From NCBI RefSeq assembly GCF_963853765.1, contig NC_088859.1, positions 18,538,001 to 18,602,000 on the forward strand: a stretch of DNA of 64,000 nt, given 5' to 3'. Positions 12,579-23,067 of this stretch are shown piece after piece. The stretch is from Magallana gigas (Eukaryota). Each line of letters opens with the position of its first letter. Position 1 is the stretch's first letter. Below the pieces are notes generated by a model. It had not been told where the DNA came from and ran no database searches. It saw only the letters and a list, made by a program, of their open reading frames with translations. Made by a program: the position numbers and the translations under genes.

Positions 12579-14291
12579 ATGCGTGTCACAGACGAGTCAT
12601 TTATTTCAGAATTGACATACAATGATCAAATGTGCAGCCTATGGAGATTATATGTAAACATGTCAAATTTAAAATAGTAATTCGTAATAATCTTTTTTTT
12701 GCCAATTTACTTAGGGCCGTATTTAACATCATCCTTTATTTGAAATTCTCGAAGGAAATCTTGATATCAGTCTGGCGGAAGATCTTTGTGTTCAGTTATG
12801 ATATAATACCAAAAATAAATTTATGTAATAAATAGTTGATGTACTTCAGTTGTTGAACATACTAGATGAATTCAGCAGGCTCTCGATTTAGTTATGGCAT
12901 TAAACCTAAAAGAGAGTACAATCAAAATATACTGGTACTAGTACTAGTACTTCTTTGAAATTAATTTTTATTTATGTTGAAATCTTAACAAGTTTCAACT
13001 TACGCAGAACAGTAAGTAAAAAATATGAAAATAAGAGGAATACATGAATGTGATATATAACATATCACTAAAATTAACACGATGTAAAAAAAAATCTATT
13101 TCAAAATCTGAAAAACAAACTCTTAAAAAGAATTTAATTTGCATTACGTATACATTAAGAAAGAATATTTTGAATGTCTGCATGGGCGCACGTGTATACA
13201 CGATAATTTTATGCGCTATAATGAGCATGGGTACACCGTCAATTGGTTTAGAATGTCAGTTAGACATTCATACGGGTTTTTCCCTTGTGTATTTCTTTGA
13301 CAAAGTAGCTTGTGGCAAACAAGATAAACTGATTTAATGTGTTCATAAATACTGGTAATTTTATCAACAACAAAAGGCACAGCTAGATTGAGACTTATAC
13401 CAACGTCACACTTTATAAACAAATAATGGAGATTTGTTAACTCAATAAAGAATTCAAACCTCTGTTACTAGAATGAAACTCAATATTTGACTTTCAAATT
13501 TTGATAAAGCATCATCCTTAATGACCGTTTTAGACATTTAAAATGAAAAATATAATATTTGAAAAAAATTGAGCTCAAATCGTGTCTAAGTCTCTTTAAT
13601 CAAGTATAAAATGTGACTTTTGAAAATAATCTATATAATGTGCTAGAATAACTACATCCATACATATTTTTCTTACATTTTTAAATATAGTATTATGAAT
13701 AACTTCAATTTTAATTTTAAGATGATGAATGAAAAATAATGTCAATCCAATATATAAATTTTCCTGTATATAATGGCCGATGTGAGTAAGAAAAATGCAT
13801 ATTCTTATTTCTGTTTAACTGCAAACAACTATTGTTTAAAATTTTGATATAGAAAATTCTGGAGGAGCTTTTAATGAAATGAAAGTTAGAGATTTTTTTT
13901 TTGCTTTTTAAATTGTTAAGGATTAGTCTCCCACCATCGACTTAAAAAAACCCACCGATGCTAAATGTCCGATTCTATCAAGCCAGACTAGATGGAAATT
14001 AATTTATTCCTAGAACAAAATGTCATTAAAAGCGTAGCCAAATAGCTTTCATGCAAACATAAACAATTTCTGTAAATTTAATTGCATAAAAATTATGCCA
14101 CTGCATAGGAAACTGCCGACCCATTTTATATTGCATCACCATAAATACATGTACGAGGTGTTCTGTTTTCATTTATCAAAAATCGGTGGATAGGTACATA
14201 ATCATAAATCAATACCTAGATTTCGAAAATCACTATTGTACCTTTATATCTATTTTTAGTAAAAGGTACTTTCCGTTCAACCACGCATGGG

Positions 14292-14457
14292 TGCTCCTCG
14301 TCTATTTTTTAAATGACGAATGATGTTTGTACATGTATAAGTTTACCATGTATGTTATAGAATTGACTGATCAAGATTGATTTTGTAGCAACAAGGGTAA
14401 ACAGGGTATGCATGTATAGACTTGTCATTCGTCATTTTTAAAAATAGACGTGGAGCG
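14292..14457. repeat. Inverted repeat (about 32-bp arms) upstream of DHRS11 copy B, flanked by a 30-bp direct repeat
   Basis: GCTCCTCGTCTATTTTTTAAATGACGAATGA pairs with TCATTCGTCATTTTTAAAAATAGACGTGGAGC. TTTTTAGTAAAANGTACTTTCCGNTCAACCA occurs at about 14253 and 14491. Confidence 0.7.
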
Positions 14458-14629
14458 TCAAGGGCGAAATAGTATGAAAAGGCGCAATTATTTTTAGTAA
14501 AATGTACTTTCCGCTCAACCAAGGGTGTAGGCAAAACAACAGGAAAAGGTGCCATATCTCTTTGAATTTTGGTCACACATTTTTTCTCACTTTGTGACAA
14601 GGAAATAGTGAAAGGACGTTATTGTCAAC

Positions 14630-17600
14630 ATGGAGAAATGGGTCGGTCGGGTTGCGCTTGTTACCGGAGCCTCGGTGGGGACAGGAGCCGCCATCACACG
14701 AGCTTTGGTCAAACATGGCATGAAAGTTGTGGGCTGTGCAAGAAACGTGCAACAAATTGAGGTAACAAATCGAGTGTTTTATGCAAACGTTGTAATTGAT
14801 GCCGGTGTTGTATAGCAGTTTTTCCCTTATAGTAGCTTTTCCCCCGGAAAACCTACTATATAGTAGCCTTTCCCCCCGGGGGAAAAAGCTACTATAAAGT
14901 AGCTTTCCCCCCATAGTAGAGTTTCTCCCTCACGTTTTTGGTTCAGATTTTATAAAAAATATTTATGAAAATCCAGTCAGGATTAAAATCAATGTTTCTA
15001 CACTCTCATGTTGCATACATGTATATCTGCATTCATCTGTACAGGTTAAGTTTCGTTTTGCCGATTTATTATTTTTATAGACAATGCTGAAAGTTGAACA
15101 TGTGTGTAATGGAATTACACATAGAACTTAATTTAGGTAATTTATTGAAAAAAGTTTTACAAGTTATACACTTATATGCATAATTCTGTGTTCTGAAATT
15201 GTATAAAACGAGAATGCTTTAAGAATTTCTTGATAAATTTATCAGACTGTTTGTCTGTTTGTGAAAATTTTATCCAGGCTAAATCTCTGTTTTAGAGAAA
15301 TTTGGTTTCCGATGTTTCAGAGCCCGATTTTAAAATCCTATTATAATAATTATAGTGCATATTCTTTAGGGTCCAATGTCTCATAAACCAGAGATGACCA
15401 TATCACCATATTTTATCGTGGCAGTGGTTTACCACTTGAAGATGACTCTGAAAATTTCAGCTCTCAGGGAAGAGGCCCTTGAAGTTTCAGGGCCCAATGT
15501 TGAAAACCCCATTATAATGATTGATTAGTGTTCTATAAGTGGTGACCCGAATCTCGAATTCTAGAGATGACCAATTAACCATATTTTCACAGTGATAGTG
15601 GTATACCACTAGTAGATGACACCGAAAATTTAAGCCCCCATGCAGGGTAGGAGCCTTTGTTGTTTTCGAGCCCGATGTTTGAAATCCAATTATAAAGAAC
15701 ATGTATTTTTTAGGGCCCCATATCTCAAAAACTATAGATGACCACATGAACATATTTTTACGGTCATTTAAAAGTAAAAACATCATTTAAAAATACACAA
15801 TCACATATATTTCTTTATTAAAATGATTGAAAATTACGTTTAATTCTGCTGCTTTTTTTTTTAATTAACGAACAAAATTTTTTAAAAAGGTACGCGGGTA
15901 AAATTCATTATTCTTCAAAACATTTAATCAATTCATAAGATGACTAATGATATAATAAATAATTAAATAAAAAAATTAAAAAAAATAAATAAATCAATGA
16001 ACTTTTATTCATAAAAGGAGAAACCGAAAAAAAAAATAACCAACCTAAGCGCATATACGACTTTTTTACTTGTTAGTTGATTAGAAGAACAAGCTTATAT
16101 TTTAAAAAAAAAAGTCAGCTCATCACAATATATGTGTTGGTTGTTGTTTTTTTTTTTTTATTACCCTTGTTTAATTGTTCGAAGAAATAATATGGCACAC
16201 AAGTAAATCTTTATTGCAAAAATATGAAACAAATAGTATAATTTTGTTAGGTAATTGAATCGTATATCTTGATTTATATAGCATCGTTTTCAAAATTGTA
16301 TATTTATAAATCACGTTGCAAACTTAAAAGTGGAAAAATTAGCAAATACTGAGTGACAATATAAACATAAGGTTAGTTCAGGCTCCATTTCACATTTTCC
16401 AAAGTAACCAGCAAAGATACCGACATTGTTCTGGTTGTGAAGACATTTCATTGTTTTTTAAAATGTTTACATCATAATATCTCGCGTTTCGTAGAAATGT
16501 GCTTAAAATATGAATATGCGTAACTTTAAAACGAAATTGTAAACACTAACTTTACACATGCTTTTAATACATAATTAAAATACCAATAAACCATCAAAGT
16601 AAAACTAAAACATTTCAGTTTCTCATCATATCATTGGATCCTGTCTCCCGTTTGATATTTAGAAGAAACATATAACTGTTTTTAAGATCGTCAATTCTAA
16701 CGGTATTAATTTAAAATTGACGAAGGGATTAATACATTTCCACTTTTTATTCCCTTCCTCTACGAAAGTAAGTCAAGATTGGTCAGTTAGTTCCCTGGGA
16801 GAAGCTTATACATTGATGGTAATACATTGGAAAATTAGATTTCCAAACCGGCGTATTTTCACTCAAATGTGTTCTCACGTGTTCATAACGTCGAAGTCAA
16901 AACTGTAGATAAGCACCGATTAGATGAAAAAGATTCGAGGTATTCCGCCGAAATCCGTGTAAAAGGTGTTCCAAAAAGGGGTGAGAACAGGTGAAATAAA
17001 CGATGATGACACATGCATGTTATGAAGGCGCATGCCTTAGTTCATATTTGGGGTTGGAAAACCATGTATTTTATTCTATGTATTAATAAATGCCATAATT
17101 ATCCTTTTTTGTGAGAAATTAATATCATATCAGTTATTGCAAATTATTGTCACGAATGGCCCGCAATAAACATGGCCGGAAAGTAAAAATGGGGGAAAAT
17201 CCACTATATAGTAGGTTTTCCGTGGGGGTAATCTGGCTATAAAAAGGGGGAAAGCCCACTATTTAGTCAGCTTTCCGTGGGGGAAAAACTGCTATATAGC
17301 CATTTTTCCGGGGGGAAGAACTGCTATATAGCCATTTTTCCGGGGGAAAAGATGGCTAGGGGGAAAAGGCACTATATAACACCGGTCGACAGTGGATCAT
17401 GGTTGACCAAGATAAATAATACGAAGCAAGCTCTAAATGTTCTTTACAATGAAAAAAGTATGCATTGCATACTCATGGAAATACATGACGATTGGAGCAA
17501 TAATTTGGGCTATCGGAAAGTCAAACTGCCAAATAATGCAGTATGTAGAAGGCCCATGGACCACAATGCTCACTTGAATTTTATAACAAAAAATCGATCT

Positions 17601-20600
17601 CGTTTATATGTGTATTGGCAGGCACGTAGCAGTGATGGATGGGGGGCGGGGGCAGACTTATTCGAAATCTTGACAAGCAAAAAAAAAACCCCGCAAAACT
17701 ATTAACAGGTTCTTTTCCGTGGGAGGAAGGGGGCTTAGTTACTTTAAACTTCTGTTTTAATGTCAAAGTTGTTAATTTTTTCTGTAATTCGTAAGTGGAT
17801 GAACTCCTTTAAAATTAAATTTTCTATATCTAATTTCAAGCAAAATGTTTCTTGCATAAAAAGGAGGTGCAGGTCCCCCTCACCCTCTTCCTCCGATGCT
17901 GCATGCCTCATTGGCTTCTCTTCACACCCAGAACCGTCGGTGATTGTATGTTTTTTTTAAGCGTAAATAATGCTTATTGAAGGATATACAAGTCAGTTTT
18001 CTATGGAGTGAATGCAAAAACTGCCTTTGTCGTTTCAAGAAAACCCCTGAGTTAATTTTAAAAGTTGCTTCAATTGCCATTTTGTCACTATATTTATCAA
18101 TGAAATCTCAATTTAGAAGTGCTTTTTCATTTTAAATATTAATATGTTAAATTATTAATTTCAGTCTATACGAGATGAGCTGAAGGGTGAAAAGGGTCAG
18201 CTGATTCCAATCAAATGCGATCTCACCAAAGAAGAGGAGATTTTGGCAATGTTTAAAAAAATCCAGAAAGATCTAGGGGGTGTAGATGTGTGCATTAACA
18301 ACGCCGGACTATCACACTGTGCGCCCTTGCTGTCTGGCAGCACTGCTGACTGGAAAAACATGTTAGATGTAAATTTCAATTTTTTCAAATTTTCTCTCCT
18401 TATTTTAAAGCATTAGTTCATGAGTACTGTAATGAAAACATCAAGATTTGTTTTCTTTGAGAGAGAGAGAGAGAGAGATTGAGAGAAAGAGAATCTTTTC
18501 GAAAAATATGACTGAATAGGTTATCAAGATTTTTTAAAAAAATAATGACTGCAGCATGTCAGTCTTCAGCTGTGTTGTATATCTATTGTTACAGTGTATA
18601 GGTTAATAATTAGTAGTTATTTTTAAAGAAATACATTACTGTATTAAAGATTTAGAATTTAAACAATCTACTGTTTTAGGTTAATGTACTTGGTCTTTGC
18701 ATATGTACCAGGGAAGCTTTCCAACAAATGCAGAAAAACAAAGTTGATGATGGTCACATCATTCTAATGAATAGGTAATTGATTTTATATTCATTCAATG
18801 TAGGGAAAGTGAATAAGATTTTTATAACTTATAATTATACATAAAATATTACATGAAACTACACTAGACAATTGTCCTTTATGGTTGTATGGGACGCGTC
18901 CATATTATTACGTGATTCCTATCGAAATAAACCATAAAATGAAGTATAACATTATAAATGTTTTATTTCCCAATGTTGTTACCTAACAGCGTAGTGCAGT
19001 GGGTTAGAGCATGACTTGCAAATCTGTAAGTCATGAGCTCGAATCTCGCTGGGGCTTTTACAAATTTTACCTTTTTGAAAATTTTGGGTCAAAAATTGCA
19101 TAATTTGAAAATTCTAAACCGGTGAAAATATTTTGATTATAATGGGTTTTTTTTAAATTCAACATTAATCTCGACAGGTGTCCCATACCACATTAGCCAC
19201 AGGGAAAAAAAACCATTTCACACCTACACTTGGATACAGTTGGAAGGAATATTTTATATAGTTATATATTGTTATAATCAATATATGTAATGATATTTAT
19301 TTTTAGCTTGTCTGGACACCGTGTCGTTCCAAATGCAGAGGGTCATTTTTACTCTGTCACAAAATGTGCTGTGTCTGCAATTCTGGAGGGTATCAGGAAC
19401 GAACTTCATATGCTGAAATCTCACATAAGGGTTTCGGTGAGAAACTGGGGTTTTTAATTGTACATGTATACTGTCGAATTAAGAGTACATCCGCATGTAC
19501 AGAGATATATACAGATTTTCCTTTCTTTCTTTATGATTTGTAAAATCCATATAGATTCCATGGATTCTGAAACTAAAGAAATGGACTTATGTTTAAATTC
19601 TTTTTGTTCAACCTTTGAATTTTTAATTAGAAGGATAAGTAATTCTAATCTGTATACTAGTATTACCTGCTTTATCATTTAATCAATCATATGGGGTATA
19701 TTTCTGCACATGCAGACTATAAGCCAAGAGATGGCAAAAACAGTTATTTGAAACATGCAATTTGAAAAATTAAGAAGAAGGGAAGAGAATTTATGCAGAA
19801 TATAAGGCAGATAACTCTATTTCTCCTTGATCTTCTTAAATAGTCTGTCAGTCCAGGGATAGTGGCAACAGAATTCCATCAAAGAATGTATAAAAGTCCA
19901 GAAGTTGGGAAGAGAATTTGTAGTCGTATGAAGGTATGTATTGGTAAAATAAACAGTGTTTGAATTAATGATATTTACAGGTTTAAATGAAATGTAATCA
20001 TCCCGTTTTACATTTATAGAGAAAAAAATTGATGAATTCTCTGAAATGTCTTGATTTGCTTTCCAATAAATTGTAAACACATTACATCCCCTCTCCATTT
20101 AATTTGTACATTTTTACTTTTTTTATACAAATAATTTATTTGTTAAAAAAAAGAGAAAGATATAAATCCCAGGTTAATCCATCTTCGCTAGCCAAGGGTT
20201 TACGATCCACTCTGCTCCTCTACAACAGAGTGGATCGTAAACCCTGGGCTAGCGAAGATGAGGTTAATCAAGGTCATTGAAATAAGAAAGGTTCCATATG
20301 TATATTCAAAACATGATTATCATAATGACTGTGTCTTAATTAATTGAAAAATGCAAATTATCATTATGCACAAGAGTCAACCTTGATCAATATTGATACA
20401 GTGACCACTTTAGTACTTGAAGCACAGACTTTTAATTGATTTTTCAGTGTTTGGAAGGAGAGGATTTGGCCAATGCAGTCATTTATGCATTAAGTGCACC
20501 AGCACATGTTCAGGTTAGTGTCCTAATTTGAATATTTAAGTATCTTCTTCTATTTGAAAAACCACACCAGTAATGAATTAACATCACAGTTTTTGCATGA

Positions 20601-20862
20601 ATATCATGCAAAATTTGTAGGATGTTTTAAAGAAATGATGGTTTAAAACATTAGATGTATGATATTCCGATGGAAATCATTTCAAAATCACAGGAAGTTT
20701 TTGCACGAAATGTGTGTGTTACTTTACGTCTCTTTCTCATGCAAAGATTTTACATGAAATTCATGCAATATAACGAAGAAGCATGCATATTAAATATTAC
20801 GTAAAATTTCTTTTTCACAGGTTCATGACATCCTGGTGAGATCAATTGAACAGAAAACGTAA
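14630..20862 (+). CDS. DHRS11: DHRS11-like SDR, copy B, about 252 aa; exons 14630-14761, 18165-18368, 18680-18774, 19307-19436, 19844-19933, 20448-20513, 20821-20862
   Basis: Same exon sizes as copy A (132, 204, 95, 130, 90, 66, 42 nt), GT-AG introns and an open frame. Motifs TGASVGTG, NNAG and YSVTK; ends VHDILVRSIEQKT*. Confidence 0.9.
14802..17385. mobile_element. About 2.6-kb foldback-like TIR element with subterminal repeat arrays in intron 1 of copy B
   Basis: Left end CCGGTGTTGTATAG; reverse complement of the right end CCGGTGTTATATAG. Both ends carry ~30-bp units of the type GGGGGAAAAACTGCTATATAGCCATTTTTCC (14815-14915 and 17190-17375). No TSD identified. Confidence 0.65.
15385..15760. 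repeat. Diverged ~172-bp tandem repeat (2-3 units)
   Basis: GATGACC...CCATATTTT...GTGGT.TACCACT blocks recur at 15393, 15566 and 15737. Confidence 0.6.
17619..17909. mobile_element. MITE with CAGGCACGTAGCA termini
   Basis: Left CAGGCACGTAGCA, right TGCTGCATGCCTC; ATTGG flanks both ends (possible TSD). Confidence 0.6.
18987..19055 (+). mobile_element. tRNA-derived SINE head in intron 3 of copy B
   Basis: A-box-like TAGTGCAGTGGGTTAGAGC and B-box-like GAGCTCGAATCTC. No intact acceptor stem. Absent from the homologous intron of copy A. Confidence 0.55.
19716..19806 (+). pseudogene. Inactivated copy of alternative exon 5a in DHRS11 copy B (pseudo-exon)
   Basis: Homologous to 10767-10856 but 91 nt long (net +1). 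Reads TISQEMAKTVI* (PG changed to QE, early TGA), and the donor is GC instead of GT (tataag|gcagat). Confidence 0.88.
20180..20260. mobile_element. 81-bp hairpin micro-MITE with 9-bp TSD
   Basis: 35-bp arms CATCTTCGCTAGCCAAGGGTTTACGATCCACTCTG and CAGAGTGGATCGTAAACCCTGGGCTAGCGAAGATG (1 mismatch) with an 11-nt loop. AGGTTAATC is duplicated at 20171-20179 and 20261-20269. Confidence 0.92.
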
Positions 20863-21467
20863 TTCAAACTTAACAAAGAGACAAGCAGTTATTTGATTGT
20901 TGACAATATTAATATTATGTAATTTCGGAAATTAATTGTTATTTTTGAAAATTTCTGAACGTACATGACCATGGGGTTTTCCTAATGTATACTCCTATCT
21001 ATTTTGTATAGTATGAATCAGTTTAAGTGCATGGTTCTCTTGAACAGCAGAAACTGTTTTACTTTTTCTCATTACAATAAGTGTATTTCAGTAGTATCAC
21101 CTGTAGTATTTTCTTATTCCCCCGATTCTGCTAAATCTCAGAGGAGTGAAAGGATGATATCCCTAAACATGGAAACGGCTCCTTTTTATATACAATGAAC
21201 TATATACAAAACCAACCATGCTTTTGATAAAACAAGAGTGAATAAGAGTAATAAATGTAAACATCCTTGTTACTGTTGACATCTTTGATAATTTTTTATT
21301 GAATTGATTGATGCATTTTCGATGATTTTGTACATTCTGTAAAGATGAATTTTGTTCTGGTTTGTGACTTATTCAAATAAATAAAATTGAACAGAATGGG
21401 TTGACCTTGGTACAGTAGACGATATGTATTGTACATGAAACAGATCGTTCAATAGTCTTTTACAATC

Positions 21468-21637
21468 CACGTGACTATATATCGTCAAATTCTCACCAAC
21501 CATGGGGAAACTTAGTAATTAGAAAAAATCCGTTGACAATACAACTTACAAATGATTAATTTCATAAATGAAGGTATAGTAGATGGCATGTAAAGTCGCG
21601 TCGAACACGCTTAATATCGAAATATATGTCACGTGAC
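21468..21637. promoter_or_regulatory. E-box cluster downstream of DHRS11 copy B (duplicate of 12399-12578)
   Basis: CACGTGAC at 21468 and GTCACGTGAC at 21628 in homologous context. Confidence 0.4.
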
Positions 21638-22170
21638 ACGCCTCGCACAGACGAGTAACACTATGAAATAAGTTTAGCGCGTTTCTATTTATTTTAGAAG
21701 TTACACAGTGATGTAGAATTTTCTCTTTTTACATACAGATTTTGGTAAAATACATTAAAGTAGAAAAATGCATGTACCTCAGTGTGCTCGTGTGTATTTG
21801 AAATTTCAAATGTGGGGGGAGCTAAAGGTCTACGGGGAGATTGTATGTAATCAGCGTACCCCTACCATAAATATTGATTGTGACATTACTTATTTTTTAA
21901 TCATGAAGAAATATTCTATCTCTCTAATTTTACCACTCTTTTAAAATTCTGTTTGCCACTGTTTCATAATCTTAGAATCTGAAATTATGTCTAAGAAACT
22001 TAAGCAAAATGCATTTATATTTTTATTAAATACCACCAAACTATTAATTTAAAAGTATAATACACAACATAAAATCGCAGCAGATGTAATTATATATAAT
22101 TTACAGTAATATGCCTAGGCTTTGTGCCTTTCTTAATATATGCATGTACGTGTAATTTTTAAACATAGTG

Positions 22171-23067
22171 CTGTAAAACGAGAAAATTTGGCGCAAACAT
22201 ATTTACACAAGTGCCAATACATTCGTGCAATTAAATGTCAATGCTCGCACCTCTTACCTTAAAGAGGTTAAATAAAATTTCTTCTTGTTTGATCAATTGT
22301 TAATTCTGTGTTTACATAAGCACGTGATTTTCAACACGGCAACATAAACTGTTGTTGAGAACAATACACTTTCAAATCGTCAGTGAATAGGTATAAAAAC
22401 ATCATTTACTGGCGATGGGCTATCATTTGTAAACAAGTTTGAGTATCGCACTTTTAATTTAACGTAGCGACTGAGATAACACTAGAAATAAAAGTACATG
22501 CGAGGGAAATCAAATGCTATTTACTCTAATCCACATGCTATATACCTATGCTATTGTATATACAAATAGAGTTGTCCCTTCGGAATAACGTCTTATTATT
22601 CTTATTATTAATCAAGTACTGATAGTACTGAAAAGCGCTAACCCAGCTTCTGTATGTATATAACATATATATGTATATAACATTTCAGATTCTGTATATT
22701 TCCTCATCACTGCGTGGCAGCCCCTGCAATGATGTATGTAAGCCCCCTTCATTAAATTCACAATACCCCGTACATTAGATTCACAATAGCCCGTGCAGTT
22801 ATGTGCATAAACCCCTGAAACTGGTTTAAATGATGTATACTTCTGCTCATAGGGGGCGGTTATTCGATGCATCGGAAGTAGAAGTCTAACGACAATAAAG
22901 CGCTGAGTATGCTTAGCGCTTTAAAAAGGGGCTGAAGTTATCGTTTTGTAACTTGAAATTTCATTCAAATGTAGAAAATCGTTGGTGCACTATTAATTTT
23001 AGGTCTCAAGGGCAGTTGGGCCAAAGGCGCTAAAATTTGTACAGCGCCATACTTTCTCGTTTTACAG
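22171..23067. mobile_element. About 900-bp TA-target TIR element inserted in the 3' end of the TRIM-like CDS
   Basis: Left (TG)|CTGTAAAACGAGAAAATTTGGCGC; reverse complement of the right end (TA)|CTGTAAAACGAGAAAGTATGGCGC. Confidence 0.85.

Noticed and set aside
17190-17375. Regularly repeated ~30-bp semi-palindromes resembling a CRISPR array
   Set aside because: There are no unique spacers and no cas genes, and the context is eukaryotic. They are subterminal repeats of a TIR element. The same applies to 30468-30600 and 58380-58631.
18987-19055. Possible tRNA-Cys gene
   Set aside because: A and B boxes are present, but there is no proper acceptor stem or canonical anticodon arm. Better explained as a SINE head.
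6990-21670. DHRS11 copies as uncollapsed alleles
   Set aside because: Provisionally rejected: about 10 synonymous changes per 130-200-nt exon, non-alignable proximal promoters and different intron insertions exceed what alleles usually show. Read depth is still needed, because bivalves are highly heterozygous.
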